From NCBI GenBank assembly GCA_005223075.1, contig NJBO01000003.1:9902-73901 (forward strand): DNA of 64,000 nucleotides, given 5' to 3'. This document shows positions 55,464 to 64,000 of the stretch, one piece after another. A program made the position numbers and the translations under genes. Within the stretch, counting starts at the first letter, position 1; each line of letters opens with the position of its first letter. The notes below the pieces were generated by a model, which did not search any database, was not told where the DNA came from, and saw only the letters and a program-made list of their open reading frames with translations. This stretch comes from a candidate division TA06 bacterium B3_TA06. Lineage in GTDB: Bacteria > Hydrothermota > Tepidihabitantia > B3-TA06.

Positions 55464-57251
55464 TTACTCCGGTATCGTAGCGATGATCTTGGGATCGACC
55501 TTGTACTGTTTCAGGAATTCGCGCCGCTTGAACTTCATGGTCTTGACCCAGTTACGGTAGACATCCATCTTCTTATTCTTCTCAAAGAAAAGGATAGGAT
55601 TGAGGATTTCTGCCGGCACCTTTTTGAGCAAATCCGCGTTCTCCTTAGCCTCCACGTCCACAATCTCGTAGCCGAAGTCAGGATCAAGCTGCCAGGCTAT
55701 CTTACCGGCAAGCATCCCCTCAAGCATCGCTGACGAGTGAGGAATCTTGACCTTGAGTGCTTTGCCCGCCTCAACGTCATTCGCATCGCCGCCGATATAG
55801 CCGGTGTTCATGAGCCAGGTCTCGAGATTTGGTATCTGGGCACTAAGCTCTGCAAACCGGACCGCCTGAAGACCCATCGCCTTTGGGAAGAAGGGCTGGG
55901 TGAAGGGCGAGCGTGTTCTGCCGCGCTCCTTGCCCGCTGCAGAGGTCTTGGTGGTCTCGCCCAACATAAAATAGGCCGCTGCCTGTTCGGTAGAGACAAA
56001 GCGCACGATGCCGGGCATGGCCGCGTCCGGTCCCTCGTCCCGGTTCAGGATGCCCATCGAACGCACGGACGGAATATCCCGCAAATCCGCCGCACCCTCG
56101 ATACGCGACATGGGGATCACCGAACGACCGTTCTGGGTCCAGACCAAAAAATCCCAGCCGTCTTCCGGGATGCCATAGGCATCCACTTTATCCTCAATAT
56201 TGACCTCCCCACTGATGTAGGCGTCCACGTTTTTCTGCAAAGCGCCGGTGATGATCAGGTAGTCGCGCAAACGCTTGACTTCTTCAGGAGTAAGACGTTC
56301 CTTGGAGAAATCGAACCCGCCCTCAGCATCGGTGTAGACGTTCTCTACCCAGGCCGCGGGATCGAGGGTGCCTTTGTAGATAATCGGTTCCGATTCCTCC
56401 TTAAGCCCCCAGGTCTTGGCGAACGCGCCATTCTCAGTGATTGTAATCTTCCCTCCCGGCCACAGGCACACCATGTCGTCCTGGATCGGTTGGGTCAGCT
56501 CGCCCTGCTTGGAGAATGTGGTGGTGGTCTTTCCCGTTCCTGAAAGCCCCATCACGGTCATGGTGATGCGCTCGCCGCGGATGGTCACCGCCTTGGCCCC
56601 GGCGTGAAGCACCAGGCCGCCGCGCTGATAAACGTAGTCGTTAAGCATTCTGAGAGCCCCCTTCTTGGACTCGCCGAAGTAGTCCGCACCGATCACGTAT
56701 GTTGTGTAGTTCTCTAGGTCTACAATAATGGCCTGCCCGCCCGGCATGTCGGGAAGTGGAAACTCGGGAACCATCACCACCCGGATCACCGGTTTGTACT
56801 CCTCGGCAAGCTGCTCGGGCGTCTCTACCGCATCGCGCGGGAAAGAAAGAATCTGCTGCATGCCGGCAACGTTCGCGCACGGCAGGGTGTAAAGCCACTG
56901 GATAGGGAAGCGCCGCTCGTCCAGCCCGTAGTAGCCCTGGATCTCGATCAGCCTGCCCTGCAGTTCCACATACTCCCACACCCGGCTCAGGATGCGTTCG
57001 GCGCGATCAGGCTCGATCACCTTGCTCGAATAAAGATGCGCATCGGGCTCAGGAGCGATGACGTAGGTGTATTGGGCTTTCCGCGCCTTGTTACGCGCGA
57101 TCTTCGAGATGTTACCGTATTTCGTAACATAGCAGGCCGGTGTGTGTTCCAACGCCAGCCGGCGCAGGTCGGCTTGCGACGGGTTCTTGATGTAAGCTAC
57201 GTTGAACGGATGCGGCTCCTCCTGGGGCGGCACCCGCTTGACCTTCGACAT
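55464..57251 (-). CDS. pckA: Phosphoenolpyruvate carboxykinase (ATP-type)
   Basis: 595 aa; kinase-1a motif GLSGTGKTT and PEPCK-like ATP-binding regions; SD aggagg. Confidence 0.7.
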   Translation of the reverse strand: MSKVKRVPPQEEPHPFNVAYIKNPSQADLRRLALEHTPACYVTKYGNISKIARNKARKAQYTYVIAPEPDAHLYSSKVIEPDRAERILSRVWEYVELQGRLIEIQGYYGLDERRFPIQWLYTLPCANVAGMQQILSFPRDAVETPEQLAEEYKPVIRVVMVPEFPLPDMPGGQAIIVDLENYTTYVIGADYFGESKKGALRMLNDYVYQRGGLVLHAGAKAVTIRGERITMTVMGLSGTGKTTTTFSKQGELTQPIQDDMVCLWPGGKITITENGAFAKTWGLKEESEPIIYKGTLDPAAWVENVYTDAEGGFDFSKERLTPEEVKRLRDYLIITGALQKNVDAYISGEVNIEDKVDAYGIPEDGWDFLVWTQNGRSVIPMSRIEGAADLRDIPSVRSMGILNRDEGPDAAMPGIVRFVSTEQAAAYFMLGETTKTSAAGKERGRTRSPFTQPFFPKAMGLQAVRFAELSAQIPNLETWLMNTGYIGGDANDVEAGKALKVKIPHSSAMLEGMLAGKIAWQLDPDFGYEIVDVEAKENADLLKKVPAEILNPILFFEKNKKMDVYRNWVKTMKFKRREFLKQYKVDPKIIATIPE

Positions 57252-57621
57252 CTATATCCTCCTGGGATTCAGCTCAAGCCTCTTACAATACGTATCTTAC
57301 TCAGGGAAACGGGAATTGCAAGTGGTCGGCGTCGTGATTACTCTACTGTTTAAATCGGCGCCAACTCGTCAGGTTTGAGTGGCACTCGTCACCAAAAAGA
57401 TGGTCAAATGCTGGTCAAAAGCTGGTCAAAAGCTACCCAAAAGATGGACAAAAGCGCGACTGCGTCGCAATTACAGATTGAAGATTCAAGATTGAAAGAT
57501 TTAAAGATAGCTCCGCAAGCGTCGCCCTCCGGTGCAAATATCAAAATGCAAAGCAAAGTTAAGGGGGCTGACAGCCGTCGGCCGTGAGCTGTAAGCTGTT
57601 TGCCGTGAGCTCCTAGGGGGG

Positions 57622-57649
57622 TTGACAAGCAGCTTCTTTGGAATAAATT
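57622..57649 (+). promoter_or_regulatory. Putative promoter TTGACA-N16-TAAATT ending 5 nt before ATG 57655
   Basis: ttgaca 57622-57627 (the ORF-track TTG start codon lies in this -35); weak -10. Confidence 0.35.
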
Positions 57650-57654
57650 TAGAT

Positions 57655-59493
57655 ATGAGTTTAAGAAGAGAGCTTTTATTTCTCATTTCACTTTCATTTG
57701 GGCTCTTCATTTTTTGTGGGGAAAGGGAACTGACACCCCAAGAGATTTTTAGGTCAGATTCGTTTTATACCGAGGCTTTGCGTTATGAAAAATTTGGAAA
57801 TTTGGATAGTGCAAGGGTTTTATGTGAAAACGCCTTAAGAATAAACCCTAAACATTACGATGCTCAGAGAAAATTAGCTGCAATTTACTTCGTTACTCAA
57901 GATTACCCCCAGGCTGAAGGGACATACCGTAGTTGTGTTGAATTAAAGCCAGATGATTTTTGGACTCAGTATAACCTAGGCTTGGCCTTACTTTACCAAG
58001 GTAAATTCTCTGAAGCCGCATTAGCAATTCGGAAGGCCATCGAGATTGACTCTACCCGCATTTTTGCATTTATTCACCTTACTGGTGCTTTAATTGGTAA
58101 AGGCGATGTTGTTAACGCAGAAATCGAAATAAGAAAAGCCATGAGTATTGAGCCGCAAAACGTAGATTTTCGACTTCATCATGCCTGGATATTATTTGTA
58201 AAACAAGATTTCGATAGAATGGAAGAAGAGGTTGATAATGTTTTGCTCTCTAATCCAGATATTACGTTTGCCCATTATTTGCGAGCTATAATTTGGTTAG
58301 TCAGAAATAAACTAGATAGAGCTGAGGTCGAATTCAAAAAAGCTATCGAATTGGAGCCAAATTTACCTCAGTTACACGCTCTACTTGGAGGGGTGAAACT
58401 TAAAACGGGTAATTTGGGGGAAGCGGAAGAAGAATTAAAACGGGCGTTGGAGTTGGGTGATACTCACCCTTCAACATACAATAATCTTGCTACCCTTTAT
58501 GAAAGGCAAGGTCGAACCCAAGAAGCAGAGGAAACATACATAAAAGCCATTGAATTAAGCAGTGATGACCCTACGCCTTACAACAATTTAGCATTTCTTC
58601 TATTTTACAAAGGTGAGTTAGACAGTTCATCAGTTGTTTTTTCAAAAGCCTTGACTTTAGCGAAAGAGGGCGAAGCACCCAGCATAAAAGATATTGCAGA
58701 GGATTTTACTAAAGTGTTACTCATTAAGGGCTGGGAAAATTGTATATTAGGCGATTTAGATGAAGCAACACTTGAGATTGATTCAGCAATTTCAGTGCTT
58801 AATAATTACGAAGTGCGTTCAAGAGGGAGTGAGAAGATACTTAAAGTTAATGCTAATACTCTGAGAGGTATAGTTTATCTTAAACAAAGAAAACCGGGCC
58901 AAGCTACCGAAAAGTTCGCCAAAGCCTTGGAAAACGATCCGAGAGATACTGTGGCCAGATATAACCTTGCCTTAGCTTATTTAATGGCTGGCCGTTTCGA
59001 TAATGCAGAATTGGCAGCCTCAGCTGCTATTTATCTAGCTGGTGAAAAAGGGTACCCGGAAGGAGAAAGTCTCTTAACTTACATTAAGAAAAAGAGGGAG
59101 GAAAGAAATGCAGGGTTTCGTTTTCATTGGATTCAATTAGGTGCCCTTGTACTAGTCGTCGGTTGGCTTGCCGCTTCTATGTGTGTTTTCTTTCATAAAA
59201 AAATAGGGAAAACTAAAAAAGGTCAGGAATTCAGAAGGCGATGGGCATATACATTTATGTTGATTTGGATTGCTTTGGCATTCATTTTCTTTATCTTCCC
59301 ATATACGAAGATTGTCACTTTCCCTACTGGCGGACAAGTCGAATTAGACCAAGATAGAATAAGACTCCCACAAGAAATAAGCCCTGATTTCTCACGTATT
59401 GCACAGCCCCAAATAATGACTTTTCCTGAAGAACCAAAATTCCAAATCGATATGGTTCTCGATTTAAGGAGTTACGCACCCCAATCTCCTTGA
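57655..59493 (+). CDS. TPR-repeat protein with C-terminal transmembrane segments
   Basis: Start placed at ATG 57655; multiple 34-aa TPR-like repeats; two hydrophobic helices near C-terminus; AT-rich relative to surroundings. Confidence 0.7.
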   Translation: MSLRRELLFLISLSFGLFIFCGERELTPQEIFRSDSFYTEALRYEKFGNLDSARVLCENALRINPKHYDAQRKLAAIYFVTQDYPQAEGTYRSCVELKPDDFWTQYNLGLALLYQGKFSEAALAIRKAIEIDSTRIFAFIHLTGALIGKGDVVNAEIEIRKAMSIEPQNVDFRLHHAWILFVKQDFDRMEEEVDNVLLSNPDITFAHYLRAIIWLVRNKLDRAEVEFKKAIELEPNLPQLHALLGGVKLKTGNLGEAEEELKRALELGDTHPSTYNNLATLYERQGRTQEAEETYIKAIELSSDDPTPYNNLAFLLFYKGELDSSSVVFSKALTLAKEGEAPSIKDIAEDFTKVLLIKGWENCILGDLDEATLEIDSAISVLNNYEVRSRGSEKILKVNANTLRGIVYLKQRKPGQATEKFAKALENDPRDTVARYNLALAYLMAGRFDNAELAASAAIYLAGEKGYPEGESLLTYIKKKREERNAGFRFHWIQLGALVLVVGWLAASMCVFFHKKIGKTKKGQEFRRRWAYTFMLIWIALAFIFFIFPYTKIVTFPTGGQVELDQDRIRLPQEISPDFSRIAQPQIMTFPEEPKFQIDMVLDLRSYAPQSP

Positions 59494-59528
59494 CTTCCCT
59501 CTTTAATCTCCGCCAAATCACTTAACTA

Positions 59529-59564
59529 CCCCACAACTCCGCTTCGCGTAGTCGCGGGGACCCC
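59529..59564 (-). repeat. R1 hairpin repeat (reverse orientation)
   Basis: ccccacaactccgcttcgcgtagtcgcggggacccc. Confidence 0.65.
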
Positions 59565-59612
59565 AAGGGGATCGTGCTGCATATGAGATCGCCACGGTCG
59601 CGATGACGTAAT

Positions 59613-59697
59613 CCCCTCCCCCTTAATCCCCCTACCCTATGGGGTGCAGTAAAATTGGCACCCCAAGGGGCACGCTGTCCACAAAGGGAGGGGGAAC
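59613..59697 (+). repeat. R2 ~85-bp MITE-like element
   Basis: cccctcccccttaatccccctaccctatggggtgcagtaaaattggcaccccaaggggcacgctgtccacaaagggagggggaac; a degenerate second copy follows at ~59720-59810. Confidence 0.7.
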
Positions 59698-59865
59698 TGT
59701 AGCCCTCACCCCAACCCTCTACCCTATAGGATACCCTATGAGATGCAATAAAGTTAGCATCTCAAGGGGCACACTGTGCAGTAAAGTAGGTATCCCACGG
59801 GGCACGCTGAGATCTGCCCCTACATCTTTATCCCTTTGAGCTTAAAATCGCTTGCGTGGGGTGGA

Positions 59866-62800
59866 TTATAGTTTTCCGTGCACGCGGACCCTGCGCACGC
59901 AGGGAATAGACTTCAAACGCTCTATAAGCTCTGCCGAAGGGCTTACCCTTATATCCTTGCTCCGTATACGGGTGCGTTCGTTATCATCTTCGCCGTTACT
60001 CAAGTTTATGTAAAAGGCGCAGCGTCCCGGAAACTCCTCCGTCAGTTTGCGTATCTTTAGGAGATTCTCCCTGGAGACTTCTTGTTCGTCAAGTTCCACG
60101 ATCATCTTATTCAGTCTTGCCCGTGCGGCGCTGAACGGGATTATCTCTTCACTGAAGAGCTTTGCCCTTGTATCATCCTCACTAACCGCTGCGCGTCCCT
60201 TAACCAGTATGGGTTCGTCTGAGCGAAGGATCGAACGGTGCTGCTCGTAGAGCCTTGCGAACACGAACACGTCTATCTCACCGGTGAAGTCGCGCAGGGT
60301 TATAATTGCATATTCACGTCCATTCTTGTCGCGCTTTGCTTTGCGAGCCGCAACTGCCCCGCCAACAACAATGGTTTTACCGTCCATACGTTCGTCTATC
60401 TCTTCGATTGGAGATACATCAAGCGCTTCGTAGAGGTCCTGGTAGTCCTCCAACGGGTGCCCTGACAGGTAAAAACCGAATGCGTCCTTCTCGTAGCTTA
60501 AAAAATCGGTGGGCTTGAACTTCTTTTGTTTGCGCCTCTCTGACTTTTCCTTGATACCTTGTGTATCGGCGAAAAGCCCTTGTTGTTTCTCAAGTATCAG
60601 CCCGCGCTTGTTCCCCAGTCGTGAGATCTCGTCGGGAAGATGAGCTATCAGAAGCTCCCGGTCCGGGTCGATTGAATCGAAGCAACCGGCTTTGATCAGG
60701 AACTCCGCACACTTGCGGTTCACCGTTCCGTGGGTGCGGGTAAGGAAGTCTCGCATGTCGGAAAAAGGCTCTTTTGAGTTCTCTTGCTCGATAAGCTCCG
60801 CCGCGCCTCTCCCCACGTTCTTAATAGCCCCGATGCCGAAACGGATTGCATCCCCTTGGATTAGGAACTCATAACCGCTTTTGTTTATCTCCGGCGGAAG
60901 GATCTTAATCCCGAACTTGCGGGCATCGGCGATGAACTGAGCCATCTTTGCTTCCGAATGTCCCATCTCGTTGGTCAAAAGGGCGGTGAAGAACTCAAGC
61001 GGGTAGTTGGCCCTAAGATATGCGGTGGCGTAGGAGATATGGGCATATCCGGCGGAGTGCGACTTGTTGAATCCGTAGCCCGAGAAGGGCGCGATCTGGT
61101 CGAAGATAGCCTTAGCTACCTTCTCAGGTACCCCCTCTTTCTTTGCCCCTTCGAAGAACTGCTGCTTCATCTCGGCCATGAGTTCTGGTATCTTCTTTCC
61201 CATGGCGCGGCGCAGGTGGTCGGCCTGAACGTAAGAAAATCCGGCGATAGCTCGGGCGGTTTGCATCACCTGCTCCTGGTAGATGAACATACCGTGGGTT
61301 CCGGCAAGCACCGGTTCCAGACGCGGATGCAGGTAGGTGATCTCGCTTTCTCCGTGTTTGCGGCGGAAGAACTCATCCAGATCAATGTTGGCCAGTGGTC
61401 CGGGTCTGTAGATTGCGATAACCGCGATGATGTCCTCGATCTGGGTAGGACCAAGTTTTCTCAGAATCTCACGCATACCCCTGCTTTCCAGCTGGAAGAT
61501 GCCAGTGGTCTCGGCGCGTTGCAACAGCTGGAAGGTTTTTTTATCATCCAGGGGAAGATTTTTGGTGTCGATTTTTTGACCGTCTTGGTTGATGAGCTTC
61601 TCGCTCATCTTGATCACCGACAGGGTTCTCAGCCCCAGGATGTCCATCTTTAAAAGACCGATTGAGTCCACGGCCTTCATGTCGAACTGGGTCGAGATAC
61701 CGTCGTCTGCAGCCTTGTAGAGGGGGATGAACTCGGTCAATGGCTCGGGAGTAATCACCACGCCTGAGGCGTGGATTGATGCGTGGCGCGATATGCCCTC
61801 AAGCTTCTGAGCGACGTTAAACAGTCGCTCGTAGAGAGGATCGGTCTTGATGGCCTCGGTAAGTTCCTTCTGGGTGTTGCGTGCCTCACGAAGACTTGCG
61901 TTAAATGGGATGAGCTTTGCCAGCCTGTCGACCTCACCGAATGGGATGTCCAGCGCCCTTCCAACGTCGCGAACCGCGGCCTTGGCCTTCATGGTGTCGA
62001 AGGTGATGATGCGTGCGACGTTCTCCTGGCCGTAGCGCTCGTGGATATAGTCAATGACCCTATCGCGATCCTCGTCCGCGAAGTCTATGTCGATATCGGG
62101 AAGGGTTATGCGGTCAGGGTTCAGGAAACGCTCGAATATCAGTCCGTAGTGGATGGGGTCAAGCGCGGTGATGTCCAGTGAGTAAAGAACCAGGCTCCCA
62201 ACCGCCGAACCCCGTCCTGGCCCCACAGGCACACCGGTCTTCCGTGCGTAGTCAACGATGTCTTTCACGATCAGGAAGTACCCGGCGAAGCCAGTCTTGC
62301 GGATGATAGCAAGCTCATGCTCAAGACGTTGCGCGTATATTTTTTTCTCCATAGGACACTTCTGGCGGCAGCCAGAGGAAGCGAGTTCCCTCAGATAGGA
62401 CATCGAAGAGTCGAACTCCTTGGGGATAGGGTAGCGCGGCAGTTTGAAGTTGCGGGTATCCAGGTCAATGCTCACCATGCAGCGCTCGGCTATCTTGACC
62501 GTGTTTTCAAGAGCTTCAGGCAAATCCTTGAAAGCTTCGGCCATCTCCTTGGGCGATTTGAAGTACATCTCGTTTGACTCGAATCGCATCCGGTCAACAT
62601 CGTCCACCTTCTTCCCGGTCTGGATTGCCAAGAGGACATCATGGGCGTCGGCGTCCTCGCGGCTAAGAAAGTGACAGTCGTTGGTGGCCACCACATCCAC
62701 ACCATCTTCTCGTGCCAGATCAACGATGAGTTTAATCATATCGGCACTTTCCGGCAGCCCCAGGTTCTGCACCTCAATGAAGAAGTTCTCAGGCCCGACG

Positions 62801-63306
62801 ATGTCAAGGTAGGATCGCAGGGCTGCTCTGGCCGTCTTGATATCCCCCCGGGCCAACGCCGAGGGAATCTCACCTTTCCAGCAGCCAGAAAGACCAATGA
62901 TTCCCTCGCTGTGCTCGGCAAGTATTTCCTTATCTATTCGAGGCTTATAGTAGAAACCTTCGAGATATGCGATAGAGGAAAGCTTTATAAGGTTCTTGTA
63001 GCCTTTATTGGTTGCGGCAAGCAGGGTAAGATGGTAGTTTGTTTCGCCCGAAGCAGGGGTTTCTTTCTTCTCGGAGATGGATCCGGAAGCAACGTAGGTC
63101 TCTATCCCTATTATGGGCTTTACCCCCCGCTTCTGCATCGCCTTGTAGAAGGGTACTGTGCCAAACATGTTCCCGTGATCGGTCATCGCCACCGCAGGCA
63201 TCTTGAAGCGATGCGCCTGCTCGGCCAGTTCCTTGACCCGGATGGAACCGTCAAGAAGGCTGTACTCGGTGTGCAGATGAAGATGGACAAAGTTCGACTC
63301 AGGCAT
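59866..63306 (-). CDS. dnaE: DNA polymerase III alpha subunit
   Basis: 1146 aa; N-terminal PHP domain HLHLHTEYSLLDG, polymerase core and OB-fold regions. Confidence 0.95.
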   Translation of the reverse strand: MPESNFVHLHLHTEYSLLDGSIRVKELAEQAHRFKMPAVAMTDHGNMFGTVPFYKAMQKRGVKPIIGIETYVASGSISEKKETPASGETNYHLTLLAATNKGYKNLIKLSSIAYLEGFYYKPRIDKEILAEHSEGIIGLSGCWKGEIPSALARGDIKTARAALRSYLDIVGPENFFIEVQNLGLPESADMIKLIVDLAREDGVDVVATNDCHFLSREDADAHDVLLAIQTGKKVDDVDRMRFESNEMYFKSPKEMAEAFKDLPEALENTVKIAERCMVSIDLDTRNFKLPRYPIPKEFDSSMSYLRELASSGCRQKCPMEKKIYAQRLEHELAIIRKTGFAGYFLIVKDIVDYARKTGVPVGPGRGSAVGSLVLYSLDITALDPIHYGLIFERFLNPDRITLPDIDIDFADEDRDRVIDYIHERYGQENVARIITFDTMKAKAAVRDVGRALDIPFGEVDRLAKLIPFNASLREARNTQKELTEAIKTDPLYERLFNVAQKLEGISRHASIHASGVVITPEPLTEFIPLYKAADDGISTQFDMKAVDSIGLLKMDILGLRTLSVIKMSEKLINQDGQKIDTKNLPLDDKKTFQLLQRAETTGIFQLESRGMREILRKLGPTQIEDIIAVIAIYRPGPLANIDLDEFFRRKHGESEITYLHPRLEPVLAGTHGMFIYQEQVMQTARAIAGFSYVQADHLRRAMGKKIPELMAEMKQQFFEGAKKEGVPEKVAKAIFDQIAPFSGYGFNKSHSAGYAHISYATAYLRANYPLEFFTALLTNEMGHSEAKMAQFIADARKFGIKILPPEINKSGYEFLIQGDAIRFGIGAIKNVGRGAAELIEQENSKEPFSDMRDFLTRTHGTVNRKCAEFLIKAGCFDSIDPDRELLIAHLPDEISRLGNKRGLILEKQQGLFADTQGIKEKSERRKQKKFKPTDFLSYEKDAFGFYLSGHPLEDYQDLYEALDVSPIEEIDERMDGKTIVVGGAVAARKAKRDKNGREYAIITLRDFTGEIDVFVFARLYEQHRSILRSDEPILVKGRAAVSEDDTRAKLFSEEIIPFSAARARLNKMIVELDEQEVSRENLLKIRKLTEEFPGRCAFYINLSNGEDDNERTRIRSKDIRVSPSAELIERLKSIPCVRRVRVHGKL

Positions 63307-63312
63307 GGGATG

Positions 63313-63340
63313 ATATTAACCTTCTCTTACCCCCTGTCAA
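63313..63340 (-). promoter_or_regulatory. Putative promoter TTGACA-N16-TAATAT ending 6 nt before dnaE ATG
   Basis: Minus strand: ttgaca (63335-63340), taatat (63313-63318), ATG at 63304-63306. Confidence 0.4.
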
Positions 63341-63350
63341 GAAATTTAGT

Positions 63351-63382
63351 GCTCCTTTCCGCCTTCGACGGAAAGATCGCAG
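63351..63382 (+). repeat. R8 hairpin repeat
   Basis: gctcctttccgccttcgacggaaagatcgcag. Confidence 0.55.
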
Positions 63383-63452
63383 AAGCAATTCCTAGCACCT
63401 GGTAGTTTCTAGGATGATTCGTGGAGATATTGAAAGCTAAGAATCTATACCT

Positions 63453-64000
63453 TTACTGTTGCCTCTTCCCGAAGTGGTGGGTGTAGGCTAGACCCAGGCA
63501 GAAGCTCTGAAAGAAATCGTCGCCGTTGATGCGAAGGTCAGCCACCTCCAGCTTGGAGGGGAGCACGTCGGCGGCGGCGTACATGTGCAACCCCTTCACC
63601 GGATGGACGTTGATGAAGGCGGTCTGGGGGAGAAAGAGATAGGTGGTCTGCAGCCCCAAGGTAATGAATTCATGACCCCGTTCGTCTGAGAGACCCATCA
63701 TGGGGGTAAGGCTGGCGATGTTGGGGAAATCGAGATCCATGCGCAGGGCAACGTTGAACCGGTTTTCAGCCGGGGTAGAGAGCTTGAGTCCCACGCATGA
63801 CATGGGGACGGGTAGATGGTAAGCTCCGCTGTCGTCGTCGGGGTCGTCACCCCGCCAGTAGAGATCCGGAGAGACGAACATCCCGAAGCGCCCCTGGATC
63901 GAGAAGGTGTTGGAAACCCCGTAGGCGATGATGAAATCCGGCCTTGTACCCTTGAACGTCCCTTCAGCCGTACCCTGATTAACCTCGGTGCCCGACCGAT
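63453..64000 (-). CDS. Hypothetical protein (5' end runs off window end)
   Basis: Minus-strand frame stays open from the window end down to the stop at 63453; no recognisable motif. Confidence 0.3.
   Translation of the reverse strand, partial: RSGTEVNQGTAEGTFKGTRPDFIIAYGVSNTFSIQGRFGMFVSPDLYWRGDDPDDDSGAYHLPVPMSCVGLKLSTPAENRFNVALRMDLDFPNIASLTPMMGLSDERGHEFITLGLQTTYLFLPQTAFINVHPVKGLHMYAAADVLPSKLEVADLRINGDDFFQSFCLGLAYTHHFGKRQQ

Noticed and set aside
1-64000. tRNA, rRNA or tmRNA genes
   Set aside because: No cloverleaf or rRNA-like stretch was recognised by eye in the non-coding gaps; a tRNAscan or covariance-model scan would be needed to exclude them

Overview
64 kb window from a GC-rich (by eye, not computed) Gram-negative anaerobe-like genome; taxon not assignable from this window. 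All calls are from reading the sequence and ORF track; no database search was run. Most of the window is ordinary chromosome: rluD-rph-murI-amidase-smpB (minus strand), nadE, purM, a DinG-like helicase, serS, ribD-ribE, a serine-biosynthesis pair (class V aminotransferase + SerA-like dehydrogenase) followed by DUF1015, an ECF sigma/anti-sigma/HtrA module, an oxidative-stress and metal island (desulfoferrodoxin, ferritin, hemerythrin-like, CopA, ArsC, rubrerythrin-like, AhpD-like, fRMsr, and a 53-aa rubredoxin missing from the ORF track), OmpA, pckA and dnaE. Two proteins carry T9SS-type C-terminal sorting domains, one of them disrupted. The strongest candidate for an undescribed system is a tandem array of 13 paralogous genes (26296-32922) encoding ~145-aa Sec-secreted Trp/Cys-rich proteins, each separated by a conserved GC stem-loop plus SD cassette, with mosaic gene-conversion signatures; function unknown. 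A second candidate is an AT-rich three-gene operon (17768-19799) ending in a PIN-like nuclease, flanked by direct repeats and driven by a consensus promoter. The intergenic space is crowded with several dispersed hairpin/MITE-like repeat families and two REP-RAYT units. Many genes show a consensus TTGACA-N16-TATACT promoter ending 2-9 nt before the start codon, suggesting frequent leaderless mRNAs.
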